From a virus (lineage: Duplodnaviria; Caudoviricetes), in IMG/VR virus record IMGVR_UViG_3300005253_000632, positions 1-57,978 of that record: 57,978 nucleotides of DNA, one strand, 5' to 3'. A model generated the notes under the pieces. That model had not been told where the DNA came from. It saw only the letters and a program-made list of their open reading frames with translations, and made no database searches. A program made the translations under genes and the position numbers. The number at the start of each line of letters is the position of its first letter. Position 1 is the stretch's first letter. Shown piece after piece: positions 38,473-47,449 of this stretch.

Positions 38473-38826
38473 TGTTCTGTCGAACACAAGAGAATTGGGT
38501 TGGAGTTCAGGTCAAACGGCTGGCCGCATATCACCAATGCCATGTTGCGCGATGACTTCGCGCTCGTCGGCCTGTATGATTACTACGTCAGCGCGGGGTT
38601 CATGCCTGATACTGAGGAGGGACTTCTAATCTTATTCGAGGCTGCCCAGAACGCCATTGAGCACGGCAAACGCAACAAGCCCGGCCTGTTTGTTGCACGG
38701 CTGTGTGATTGGCGAACCCACAGACTGCACAGGATCAAGCACGCGACCTGCGACCGCGCTCATGCACGGCTGAAGCGTGCGCGTGGCCATGATGCCGTTG
38801 CGCCACGGGCAAAGGAGGCGAGATGA
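38347..38826 (+). CDS. Hypothetical, possibly replication-related protein
   Basis: Repeats in 5' part; C-terminal NKPGLFV..L resembles initiator C-termini. Confidence 0.4.
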   Translation: MAFPIPNPKPVHRTPNNQYPMANKPNTQVSNPSRDGSRLGIGCSVEHKRIGLEFRSNGWPHITNAMLRDDFALVGLYDYYVSAGFMPDTEEGLLILFEAAQNAIEHGKRNKPGLFVARLCDWRTHRLHRIKHATCDRAHARLKRARGHDAVAPRAKEAR

Positions 38827-39083
38827 GCGAGCCAGGCTGTACGGTCTGTACCCATCACATTAAGCCAATGAAGTTGTCCACTTGCAACAGTTGCAATCCT
38901 AGTGGTCGCTGTTCTTGTACGATCTGTGGGCTGCAAGCCGAGAACGCCGCCCTGCTCGCGGCGTGTGAGGATGCCGACATTTGGTTCGATCAGAACATGG
39001 CCTGCGAAACCAGTGCATCGTTTCAACGATTGCGGCACAAGTTCACCGCCGCAATCGCCAAGGCAAAGGAGGCCGAACGGTGA
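38823..39083 (+). CDS. Chimeric small Cys-rich protein
   Basis: N-half matches 56813..57079, C-half identical to 32494..32751. Confidence 0.75.
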   Translation: MSEPGCTVCTHHIKPMKLSTCNSCNPSGRCSCTICGLQAENAALLAACEDADIWFDQNMACETSASFQRLRHKFTAAIAKAKEAER

Positions 39084-39322
39084 GCTACACTGATAACCGC
39101 AAACCGTGGACGTATCGAGGCTGGAACATCAGGCCCACGACGACAATCGGGTGGATGCGCGGACCCTATCAAGCCGATCGCCTTCTGCGGCAATGGGAAA
39201 TCGCGCGACCCGGACGTGGAACACGCAAGTATTCTCGCACCAAAGCGGGTGCGAGGGCTTACATCGACAAGGCCTGCGAACGCTCGGCCTGTCCTGAGCG
39301 CAGCCGAAGGGAGGCGACATGA
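39080..39322 (+). CDS. Hypothetical, paralogue of 46292..46486
   Basis: DNRK.W.YRG ... SRTKAG.RAYID. Confidence 0.65.
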   Translation: MSYTDNRKPWTYRGWNIRPTTTIGWMRGPYQADRLLRQWEIARPGRGTRKYSRTKAGARAYIDKACERSACPERSRREAT

Positions 39323-39347
39323 CCGCGACCAAACTGAAAGGACGAAC

Positions 39348-39650
39348 ATGAAGTATTCAATCAAGCCAATCACAATTGCCCCGAAGGTGTGGCTGGGCGT
39401 GGATGGAGATGGCGAGTGGCGTCTTTTTTATGCGAGCCGCAAGCCAGAGGATGAGTGGCACGTGTCTTCGGGCCGGCAGTGCTTGCTGGACTTCGCAGCA
39501 CTTGTTCTCCGAAACACAGAAGCGGTTGAACTTCTGATCATTTACCAACTGTATGGTTTGCTGCCCAGTATAGAGCAGTTCGACGACCGCGCCGTGCAGA
39601 AGCTCATCGACCGCGCGAACGAGCTGTGGACATTCGAGGTGGAGAAATGA
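39348..39650 (+). CDS. Hypothetical protein bracketed by 14 bp direct repeat
   Basis: AAAGGA RBS. Confidence 0.6.
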   Translation: MKYSIKPITIAPKVWLGVDGDGEWRLFYASRKPEDEWHVSSGRQCLLDFAALVLRNTEAVELLIIYQLYGLLPSIEQFDDRAVQKLIDRANELWTFEVEK

Positions 39651-40282
39651 CCGCGACCAAGATGAAATCCTTGTGCCTGACCGGCCCGGAGGTCCGCACG
39701 CTGCTCAAGACCGGCAAGCTCGTGCAGTTTGTGGTGATGGAAGATGGGCCGACTGGCCCGTGCCGAGTTCAGTGGGATCAGGATGCGCTAGAGTTCTCGC
39801 ATTGGGATACCGGATACGAAGAGGATGGCGTTACAGTTGCCTGCCCCTTCGCCCCCGGCGAGCGGCGCTGGGTGAGGGAGGCGTGGGCAATTGTGTGGAC
39901 CAAGCATGAGCCGGACGAAGGTCAGACGATTTGGGATGTGCCGCACCGCATTGAATACAAGGCGGACAGCGACGCAAAATACCCCGGCAACTGGCCGGAT
40001 GATTGCGGGGATGATGAGGAATGCCCACGCTGGCAATCTCCGATGCACATGCCCCGCCGCGCATCCCGCCTCACCGTCGAGGTCGTCGCTGTCGAGGCGA
40101 TGCAGATTCAAGAGGCGAGCGAGACAGATGTCAGGCAAATGGGCCTAGCGATTTTACCGGAGACGGTCCACGATCGACCGGAACTGTGGGCGGTGTTGGG
40201 AGAGTCCTGGGACGCCGCCCACGCCAAGCCGGAAGAGAAGTGGGACGCGAACCCGTGGTGCTGGAAGGTGACGCATGACTGA
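39647..40282 (+). CDS. ASCH/PUA-like phage protein
   Basis: CPF.PG.R.WVREAW, W.SPMHMPR.ASRLT.EV, W..NPW.W. Confidence 0.75.
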   Translation: MTATKMKSLCLTGPEVRTLLKTGKLVQFVVMEDGPTGPCRVQWDQDALEFSHWDTGYEEDGVTVACPFAPGERRWVREAWAIVWTKHEPDEGQTIWDVPHRIEYKADSDAKYPGNWPDDCGDDEECPRWQSPMHMPRRASRLTVEVVAVEAMQIQEASETDVRQMGLAILPETVHDRPELWAVLGESWDAAHAKPEEKWDANPWCWKVTHD

Positions 40283-40646
40283 CAAGGTGGCGAAGCCAAT
40301 TCCGCCGAAAACAGAAGATGAGCTGAAGCAACTTGTGCGCGATCTGGTAAGCGGGAGGGTGTTCGTCAACAGCATGATTCCCGAAGGCGAGACACGTGCT
40401 CTGGGCATGGTTTTCATGGTCCTCAGCCTGGGCGGGCTGGAAGGCATTGACACGTCCACGATTGGACAGATTTGCGAATATTACCACAAGGCCGGGCTAG
40501 GTAGCATCAACGGCTTCCCGATGTTCTATTCGGCGCAACTAATCAACGTCGAAGACTGGGCCAAGGTGATATCAATGGCTAATGCGATCGAGGCTGCGAC
40601 GACGGCAGTCTTGAAAGGCAATGCCCAAGGCGTGCTGAAAGGGTGA
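40275..40646 (+). CDS. Hypothetical protein
   Basis: EYY.KAG..SINGFPMF.S. Confidence 0.65.
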   Translation: MTDKVAKPIPPKTEDELKQLVRDLVSGRVFVNSMIPEGETRALGMVFMVLSLGGLEGIDTSTIGQICEYYHKAGLGSINGFPMFYSAQLINVEDWAKVISMANAIEAATTAVLKGNAQGVLKG

Positions 40647-41156
40647 GTGATGGACAAGGCTGGTTGTTGGTTAGCGGGCGTGGTCTGTGGCTTGTTGGCG
40701 TGCTTTGTGTTCTATGCTTTTGGGCTGCGGCCAGAAGCGAGAGGAATAGGCTATCGCAATGGGCAGATAGATGCGGCAAACGGCGTGATGAAGTACGAGC
40801 TACGCGAACAGGACGACGGGACGACAAGCTGGGAGCGGAAAGGCGATGATGCGAATGACTGAATTGTGGGCGTCAATCCCCGAGTGGTTGCAAGTGATGC
40901 TACTGTTGGCCGTCGTAGTGCCATTCGTTATGTTCGTCGTTTGCGAAGGGTTCTTTCGGTTTTTCGCTGGGAGGCGGTGATGCGAAATGAAACGTGCGAA
41001 TGGAATGGTGCCAGTTGGGCAACGTGGAACGTACGGACAACTAATGTAACCCCGCCCCGTCTGCTGTCGTGCTGGCACTCCTGTGTGGAGGATGACTCCC
41101 ACAAGAGGCTATTCCAGTTACGGCAGCGGCGGGGCGGATGATTCGAGGACAGTGAA

Positions 41157-41453
41157 ATGAAAACGATAACAGTAACGGAGTTCAAAGGACACAAGGAGAA
41201 AATTACAATGATTCTATGCGACAAGTGCAAAGAGAAAAACGTAGAGACTCCAATCGAAACAACCGGCGTGCCGAATGTCGATGTTGCGAGTCGCCACAAA
41301 GCCACCCTGTTTGTGACTTTCATGGTTGCTGAGGGCGACATTTGCGAAGTAAGCGATTCTGAGATGTTTGCCAAAGAATTCGAGGGCGATTGGTGCCAGA
41401 GTTGTGTTTGCGAGAAGTTGCTGGAGCTGTTAAGCGCGACCAAGGGCGGATGA
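41157..41453 (+). CDS. Cys-containing protein bracketed by 16 bp direct repeat
   Basis: CDKC...CQSC; visibly lower GC. Confidence 0.65.
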   Translation: MKTITVTEFKGHKEKITMILCDKCKEKNVETPIETTGVPNVDVASRHKATLFVTFMVAEGDICEVSDSEMFAKEFEGDWCQSCVCEKLLELLSATKGG

Positions 41454-41478
41454 TTCGAGCGGGCGCGGCCCGTGAAAG

Positions 41479-41670
41479 GTGATGGTGATGGCGAACAAAG
41501 ACCTGAAACTCCGTCCACATCGTATTCGTGGGCGCGATGATGTGTGGTGGTACGAGGACCCCAAAGGTATTGATATCTGTTACAAGCGGAATCACTTTGT
41601 CGTTCCGTGGCGAGCGATACGCAGTGCGCTTGCCCGAAAAGACAGCCACACAACGAAGAAGGCCAAGTGA
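41479..41670 (+). CDS. Hypothetical protein
   Basis: AAAGG RBS; WWYED..GI. Confidence 0.55.
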   Translation: MMVMANKDLKLRPHRIRGRDDVWWYEDPKGIDICYKRNHFVVPWRAIRSALARKDSHTTKKAK

Positions 41671-41674
41671 AATG

Positions 41675-41848
41675 ATGCGTCGGCCGGCGGCGTGGCAGCG
41701 TCGGGTTCGGGCTTGACGGGAGCGGGCCTTGCCAACCCGTGCGGGGCTGTAATGGACATGCGTCTTTGATTGATCACATTGGCGTGAGGGTCCGTTCTTC
41801 GCCTTAACAAGGTACAGCGGGAAGCCCGGCCCGGCCGATGCGTTTTTT
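41675..41848 (+). ncRNA. Putative structured RNA element E2
   Basis: First 31 nt identical to E1; 3' CCCGGCCCGGCCGATGCG closes the stem; T6 follows. Confidence 0.6.
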
Positions 41849-41857
41849 GAAAGGTAG

Positions 41858-42472
41858 ATGACGATGAGCAGCAGCAAGCCGGAAGCGAAACATGAGCCAC
41901 TAACGAATGCAGAGCTAGTTATTCTGGCCAATAGAGAATACGACGTTGAGCACATCGGCGAACGCGCCGTCGCCGAAATCCGCGAGCTAGGGAGCGAGAA
42001 GGCCGCCCTGCTCGCGGCGCTGGAGACGTACGGGGTACACTATGAAAGTTGCCCACACCTGATGCACAACGTCGTCCCGGCCGATGTGCCAGAAGGGACG
42101 CTTTGCACCTGTGGCCTCGACGCCGAGCTCGCGTCGGGCGGGAAAGCTGATAGCCATCAGCGATCAGCGGTCAGCGATCAGCCGGAAGGGGAGATAATAA
42201 ATCCCCCGGACGTGGTGACGGCCGTATATCAGATATTGGCCCGTGTGGCTGGCGATTCAGAGGGGCCTTACGGGACCGACGAATTAGTGGTCGATCTGAA
42301 CGCAATCTTAGCCGCCGTCGAACCGGCGGCTTCGGATGTGCAGGCGCAGTGCGAGAGTGAACCTGGGCCACCTTACGTTGACCCGTTCAAAGAGCCGTAT
42401 GGAGCCGAACCGGCTAGGGATGAGATGCCCGAAGCCACTCAGCCGGAGGCCCCGGCGAAGGAGAAAACATGA
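41858..42472 (+). CDS. Hypothetical mosaic protein
   Basis: EKAALLAA module, YG.H..SC...CTCGLD. Confidence 0.6.
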   Translation: MTMSSSKPEAKHEPLTNAELVILANREYDVEHIGERAVAEIRELGSEKAALLAALETYGVHYESCPHLMHNVVPADVPEGTLCTCGLDAELASGGKADSHQRSAVSDQPEGEIINPPDVVTAVYQILARVAGDSEGPYGTDELVVDLNAILAAVEPAASDVQAQCESEPGPPYVDPFKEPYGAEPARDEMPEATQPEAPAKEKT

Positions 42473-42885
42473 GCACCACATTTGTTGCCAACACAACGCT
42501 GTTTGTAGAGCACTGTTCTCAATGCGGTCTAACCTTTGCAATGCCGGAGAGTCTCGAAAGGGAACTAAGGCAGAATCACAAGATTTTCTATTGTCCCGTG
42601 GGGCACGGTATGCATTACTCAGGCGAATCCGACCTAGAGCGAGAGTGCCGGCATCGTCAAGAGATACAGAATCGCTTGACGAACGAGCTGTCATACCACG
42701 ACCAAACGCGTGCCCAACTTCGGGACACCGAGCGGAGTCGCAATGCCCACAAAGGCGCGGTTACCCGCATCAAGAACCGCGTTGCCAGCGGCGTGTGTCC
42801 ATGCTGCAAGCGAACGTTCAAGCAGCTCGCCGCGCACATGAAGACGAAGCATCCGACATGGAACAAGAGCGAGGCCCTCGCGTGA
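42469..42885 (+). CDS. Zinc-finger protein
   Basis: CSQCG, FYCP.GH, CPCC.R.F..L..HM..KH. Confidence 0.75.
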   Translation: MSTTFVANTTLFVEHCSQCGLTFAMPESLERELRQNHKIFYCPVGHGMHYSGESDLERECRHRQEIQNRLTNELSYHDQTRAQLRDTERSRNAHKGAVTRIKNRVASGVCPCCKRTFKQLAAHMKTKHPTWNKSEALA

Positions 42886-43241
42886 CCCGCAGATTTGTCT
42901 ACGCATGGACTGGCCCGTGGCCGCAATGGATGCGGATCATTCGCGCCCCATGGTTCTTCGTTCAGCAAACGCTCTACTGGCACCGGCACGGCGGGCGGTG
43001 GCTAGCGTCGGCCGCGCTGGCGTGGGCAATGGTTGTTGCACAGTGCGACGACTCGGACATTCGGCAAGATAAGAGGCGAAACGCGTGACCCGCCTGGAGA
43101 CGACAGCCGGAGGCCGCCGAGTTGTGATCCTGAGCCAATGTCCGCGAAATGAAAGGAACGCCTATGGCCAAGTGATCCTTCGGGCTGCCGGTTCCCACAA
43201 CATTTTGACCCGGCAGCCCCATTTTCACGATATAATACAGC

Positions 43242-43460
43242 ATGGCCCGCAATAAGTTCAGCCTGCCTGAACTCCTAGATTACCTCGTTTCGTACATCCA
43301 CGCCCACGGATCGCCCACGGGCATGAAGCAGGCCGCCGCAGCCCATTTTGACTGTGATCGCCGGACGATAACTCGAGCGCTGGATGAGCTTCGCCGCCAG
43401 AAGCGGCTCGGCCGCGACGCATACCGCAAATGGCGCAACTCCACCGACGCTGCAGATTGA
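43242..43460 (+). CDS. HTH protein (possibly leaderless)
   Basis: AAAHFDCDRRTITRALDEL; TATAAT 5 nt before ATG. Confidence 0.6.
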   Translation: MARNKFSLPELLDYLVSYIHAHGSPTGMKQAAAAHFDCDRRTITRALDELRRQKRLGRDAYRKWRNSTDAAD

Positions 43461-43509
43461 TGTCCCATTTCAGGCCCCCAGCACCCCCTTATAAGGTAGG
43501 GAGCGTGCT

Positions 43510-43794
43510 TTGGCCACATCCGACGAGCTACCACAATTAGATGAAGCAACGCGGAGGGCCATTGCTCGGCTGCCCCGCGATCTCCGCGAGGACGGCCGGC
43601 AGGAGGCATATTTAGCGATCCTTGATGGCCGCAGCCCTTCGGCAGCGGTGCGCGAGTTTCGCCGCCGAGAGCAATTCCGCCAAGACCGCGAAGAGGTTGG
43701 GCTGCCCCGGGACCCGGCGTCCGACAACTCGCTTCCACCATCACCATCGAATCGCCGCGTGTCAGATTGGAGATCGGATGCGCGGTCTTGTTAG
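43510..43794 (+). CDS. Sigma-factor region-2-like fragment / hypothetical
   Basis: REDGRQEAYLAIL; AGGTAGGGAG RBS. Confidence 0.4.
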   Translation: MATSDELPQLDEATRRAIARLPRDLREDGRQEAYLAILDGRSPSAAVREFRRREQFRQDREEVGLPRDPASDNSLPPSPSNRRVSDWRSDARSC

Positions 43795-43921
43795 CGGCGA
43801 TCATCCCGCTGCGCGGCCTAGAGATCCATCCAACCGCGTGGCTTTGCCGCGGTCAATTCGCGGATCGCCGGTTGCGGCGGGGTGCAATGCCTCGTCGCCC
43901 CGGCGGGGCCTTACGATATTT

Positions 43922-44077
43922 CGTGCCGATCGGCGGCGTGGCGGGTAGCGGGAATAGGCCGGTACCAGGCCGAATACCGACGGATGCCACGGCAGGGACG
44001 CCTGAAATGGGAACGGTAGTTGGGTTCGACTCCCACACCATTCGTGCCGGTGATGCAAACCCGGCCCGATTTGTACG
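43922..44077 (+). ncRNA. Putative structured RNA element E3 containing a canonical T-arm
   Basis: ATCGGCGGCGTGGC ... CCCGGCCCGAT closure; TGGG-TTCGACT-CCCA at 44021-44035. Confidence 0.55.
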
Positions 44078-44096
44078 GATTGACGCCGGCGGGGCC

Positions 44097-44240
44097 TTAA
44101 TCCTCTGCCATGTCTAACTTTTGTGGTGGCTTCGGGCTTGGCGGTGTTGGCTCGTCATCGTCTGCGTCCACGGGCGGGGCGGGCTTGAATCCGAAGCCCT
44201 TGAGTGGCTCTTCCACGATGTTGATTTTGCCAAGGTCCAT
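44097..44240 (-). CDS. 47 aa Pro/Asp-rich protein, last gene of array 1 (not in ORF track)
   Basis: ATG 6 nt after TACAAT; MDLGKINIVEEP... Confidence 0.55.
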   Translation of the reverse strand: MDLGKINIVEEPLKGFGFKPAPPVDADDDEPTPPSPKPPQKLDMAED

Positions 44241-44282
44241 CGTGACATTGTATCACAGTGTCGCTTATTCATCAAAGCGACA

Positions 44283-45179
44283 TCATGGATGCGCAGCTAC
44301 GATTCGTCTCCCGATCCATTCGGCGACTTGCGGGACGACGGCGTTGGCGAGCCCTCTAAGTCGGTCCACCCTTCGGGGAACCCCATGAGCCACTCGATCC
44401 ACGTCGGGTTCAGTTGACCACCAAGGGTCTCTGATAATCCCATTGCTCCCCGTCGCGGCGAAACATTTCCGCCCTTGATCGCGTCGGTGCTGGTTGGAGT
44501 CGGGAACCTCGCTACCGCAGTCGCCAGATCGTCGCTGCCCGTGCCCGGACGGCTGGCCCTGGCAAAGTCCGGTCCGCTGGGGCTGCTCTTGGGAATGGGC
44601 CATCGTTTGGGAATAATCCCCGCCTCGCGAAATTTTCGTATGGTATCGTGATTCGTTGTTTGTTCGTTGTAGACTTCGCCCATTGACGCTGTTGCGGTGG
44701 GCAAGAATGAAAACCCGATATCGGATATGCGGGGCACCAACGGCTGCTGCCGGAATACAATCCCATTCCGCATCGTACCCGCCATCGGCCAAGTTTCCGA
44801 GAACTCGATCCATCCCCCGAACAAGCAAAGCTGCGACGTTTTCCACGAGCACGTATCGGGGTCGTAGCTCGCAAATGATTCTGTAGAACTCAGACCACAA
44901 CCCGCTTCGCTGGCCTTCGATTCCTGCCCGCTTGCCGGCGCTGCTGATGTCTTGACAGGGGAAGCCCCCACAAATGAGATCAACGGATTCCAGATTGCGG
45001 ATACCGACTGTTCTAACATCTTCGTATCGCTCCACGGTTGGCCAGTGTTTCGCTAGGACCTGACAGCAGTAATCATCAATTTCGACCTGCCATCGACACG
45101 CCATGCCGGCTCGCTCAAGGCCAAGATCGAGCCCGCCGATGCCAGCGAATAGGCTACCAAATGTGATGGGCTGTGGCAT
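44283..45179 (-). CDS. dcm: C5 cytosine DNA methyltransferase, main (alpha) polypeptide
   Basis: SLFAGIGG, GGFPCQ, ENV, HIRYRVF, RLRGLANAV. Confidence 0.92.
   Translation of the reverse strand: MPQPITFGSLFAGIGGLDLGLERAGMACRWQVEIDDYCCQVLAKHWPTVERYEDVRTVGIRNLESVDLICGGFPCQDISSAGKRAGIEGQRSGLWSEFYRIICELRPRYVLVENVAALLVRGMDRVLGNLADGGYDAEWDCIPAAAVGAPHIRYRVFILAHRNSVNGRSLQRTNNESRYHTKISRGGDYSQTMAHSQEQPQRTGLCQGQPSGHGQRRSGDCGSEVPDSNQHRRDQGRKCFAATGSNGIIRDPWWSTEPDVDRVAHGVPRRVDRLRGLANAVVPQVAEWIGRRIVAAHP
44297..45019 (-). CDS. Overlapping-frame (beta) polypeptide of the C5 methyltransferase
   Basis: 240 codon open frame inside dcm; PTP repeats and LNP.W.EWLMGFP.GWT (motif IX-like). Confidence 0.7.
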   Translation of the reverse strand: MLEQSVSAIWNPLISFVGASPVKTSAAPASGQESKASEAGCGLSSTESFASYDPDTCSWKTSQLCLFGGWIEFSETWPMAGTMRNGIVFRQQPLVPRISDIGFSFLPTATASMGEVYNEQTTNHDTIRKFREAGIIPKRWPIPKSSPSGPDFARASRPGTGSDDLATAVARFPTPTSTDAIKGGNVSPRRGAMGLSETLGGQLNPTWIEWLMGFPEGWTDLEGSPTPSSRKSPNGSGDES

Positions 45180-45220
45180 GGTGACCATTGTACCAAGAAT
45201 GTCGCTTTTCATCCAAAGCG

Positions 45221-45520
45221 CTACTCTAACGAGATACGCTCTTCGTGCTTGAATATGTGCCCGAAGCGGCAGACAGAACAATGGCACGTATAGTGTGCCG
45301 TGAACAGTCCTGCCCGGCTCAGAAAAAACTCATAGTCTTCGCGCAGGCTTTCCTCTTGGTTGTCGGCCGTTGGTTCTGCGCCTAGGGCTTTTCGCTTTTC
45401 GTCGAACTCTGCGACAGGAATCTTCCCATAGGTATCGGCAACCTCCCGTTTGGCGGCTTCATGTTTGGCCTGAGCCGCCAGAAGGCATTTGGGGCATACT
45501 GACCAATTGTCGGCGGACAT
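45221..45520 (-). CDS. Cassette-like gene, Zn-binding
   Basis: MSADNW..CPKC ... SLREDYE ... CSVC; TAG inside the palindrome. Confidence 0.8.
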   Translation of the reverse strand: MSADNWSVCPKCLLAAQAKHEAAKREVADTYGKIPVAEFDEKRKALGAEPTADNQEESLREDYEFFLSRAGLFTAHYTCHCSVCRFGHIFKHEERISLE

Positions 45521-45547
45521 TCGATCTTCCTTTCAATGGTGTCGCTT

Positions 45548-45946
45548 TCAGCCAAAGCGCTGCTGCTTATCGGCCCATGCTTTGTGTGTCCGCGTGTAGG
45601 CGAGTCGGCGGGCCTTTCGCTGTGAACTCGCATTACCATAGAACACCGCACGCCCGTCTTGCTGAACCACATACGCCACCCATTCGCCGCGCTTGATATG
45701 GATCAAGATTGGAGCGCTGCACCACCCGTGGCCATGACGCCGACCATCGTACGGCCCGCCAACAAAGACGTACTTCTCCCGCTGGCCTCGCGCGGACAGC
45801 TCTTTCGATACTTCGGCCTTGTGGTCAGCAATCCATGATGAAACTAGGCCGGGCTTAATAGACTCCGGCTGCTGCATGATTAGTTCGCCGTCCCAATCCA
45901 GTCCGAGCTTGAAGCCGAGAGCTTCGAGGACGTCAATAACGAACAT
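45548..45946 (-). CDS. Cassette-like gene
   Basis: AAGGAG RBS; FVGGPYDG; stop in the palindrome loop. Confidence 0.75.
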   Translation of the reverse strand: MFVIDVLEALGFKLGLDWDGELIMQQPESIKPGLVSSWIADHKAEVSKELSARGQREKYVFVGGPYDGRRHGHGWCSAPILIHIKRGEWVAYVVQQDGRAVFYGNASSQRKARRLAYTRTHKAWADKQQRFG

Positions 45947-45980
45947 CGTTTCTCCTTAGAGTGTCGCTTTGTGCAAAGCG

Positions 45981-46253
45981 CTACTCTGCTCCAGCGGGCG
46001 GCTTCTCTTCGGCCTTGGCTCTCGCCAGTGCCATATCGTGCTCAAACAGGTCCTCTTCGTTCATCTCGTACAGTGACGGCTTACAGTCCACGCCCCACGT
46101 TCGATCACAGATGCGACAGAACGACTCCGTTCCTTCGTCTACGCTGTCTCTGAGTATCCACACGCTCCGGTGGTTCAGTTCGCAGTGACGCACACGGCTG
46201 CGCTCCGCCGCGATACGCCGTTCTTGTGCATCCGGCTTTGTGGTTTTTGGCAT
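45981..46253 (-). CDS. Cassette-like gene
   Basis: AAAGGAG RBS; CRIC; TAG inside the palindrome. Confidence 0.75.
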   Translation of the reverse strand: MPKTTKPDAQERRIAAERSRVRHCELNHRSVWILRDSVDEGTESFCRICDRTWGVDCKPSLYEMNEEDLFEHDMALARAKAEEKPPAGAE

Positions 46254-46291
46254 TGAGTCTCCTTTCGGAGTGTCGCTTTCATCCAAAAGCG

Positions 46292-46486
46292 CTATTCGGG
46301 TTTGTTGGCCTCGTCGATGTAGGCCCTGACCCCGGCTTTAGTGCGGGAGCTTATGGATGGCCGGCACACCAAGCGGAATTGCCATTGCAAGAAGCGTCTG
46401 TGGCCATCCCGAATCACGATTGGTGTTATCAGGTTGCCCCGGTATTCCCACGATTTGCGATTGTCGCATTGCTGTGCGTTGCTCAT
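46292..46486 (-). CDS. Cassette-like gene, paralogue of 39080..39322
   Basis: AGGAGG RBS; TAG inside the palindrome. Confidence 0.75.
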   Translation of the reverse strand: MSNAQQCDNRKSWEYRGNLITPIVIRDGHRRFLQWQFRLVCRPSISSRTKAGVRAYIDEANKPE

Positions 46487-46675
46487 TGCAGGGCCTCCTA
46501 TTCTGCCCAATCCTACCACAGGGTGTCGCTTTTGCAAGAAAGCGACATTCAAAACGACGGGCTGCAGGCTTTTACTGCGGCACGCCGCAAGGCGCAAAGG
46601 CAGGACACCCGTTCGTGTCCATCGCCGCTTGCATCCAGCAGATTGTCTATAGCCGCTCCGCTGGCATCCAATGAC

Positions 46676-46703
46676 ACTATACCACATTCGCAACGAGCGA
46701 CAA
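46676..46703 (-). promoter_or_regulatory. Promoter TTGTCG-16-TATAGT with TGTGG, facing array 1
   Basis: Same geometry as other phage promoters in this window. Confidence 0.55.
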
Positions 46704-47449
46704 GCAATAATAGTGTGATGGCAACTGCCATTGTGGCAGACAAGAACGAAACACGCTCCGAGCGGAGCTTCGGCGAATAGCCGGCCCTCTGCGTTGACGA
46801 GCGAATAGGGCGATTGGCGCAAACCTCAGGCGCGACGTACACCCGCCCGGCCGGTGCATCGGCGAAATGATGGGGTTCGCATATTGAGCCCCGGGGGTGA
46901 CTTGGCCGGGAGAGACCGGCCTCCATTTGATATGCAGCTAAATACGGACACAACTGCATGCGACCCTGGATCAGCAAGAGCGTTCTTGCACAGGCCAGAC
47001 GCGCAGGAACTGCTGACTCGACATTCCGCCAAATGCTGCTCGCACGGGGCCATCAGCACAACCTACGCTCCCTGTAATTGCGGGGCCTAAGAGAGGGCAC
47101 GGGCGCTGCTTGCCATTTTGACATGAGCCACACCAACGGATGCGAATGCCTAACTTGCAGATTGCAGGCGTTTCTCATGCGCCCGGGAATCAGACGAATG
47201 CTCACCGAACACAGTCTATTGTGTTGCTCCTATGAGGAAGCCCCAGCGGCTGAGCACTCATCGGCCCGATTGTGCGATTGCGGCGCATCCCAACGGGCCG
47301 CAGACCTAGAAGCCCTGTTCGTATGATGTTCCAACTCCTGCTCAAACCAGTGCCCGCCGGCCGCGACGGCGACGGCCGCGATCCCATTTACCGCTTGCGC
47401 GGGGCGCTCAAGGTGGCGTTGCGACGGTTCGGTTTGCGGTGCATAAGCT

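Larger units (their letters stand above)
44256..46550. repeat. Array 1 of palindromic gene-boundary sites (44256, 45197, 45537, 45959, 46268, 46521)
   Basis: TGTCGCTT(T/A)-N4-6-AAAGCG(CT/AC) at each gene junction. Confidence 0.9.

Noticed and set aside
32613-39052. Diversity-generating retroelement TR/VR pair
   Set aside because: The 102 bp copies are identical, differences in the 38828/56945 pair are not adenine-specific, and no reverse transcriptase is present
42150-42183. Heptamer repeat (A/G)TCAGC(G/C) x4
   Set aside because: Short in-frame tract inside an ORF with no supporting context; recorded only
44005-44045. Complete tRNA gene
   Set aside because: Only a T-arm and short stem; no D or anticodon arm. 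No full cloverleaf was seen anywhere in the window
44256-46550. CRISPR array interpretation of the ~30 bp palindromic repeats
   Set aside because: Intervals are 250-940 bp, contain whole genes, repeats are degenerate, and no cas genes are present
46755-46925. Fifth copy of the structured RNA family
   Set aside because: Hairpin-rich and has CCGCCCGGCCG, but lacks the GGCGTGGC box and a clear closing stem
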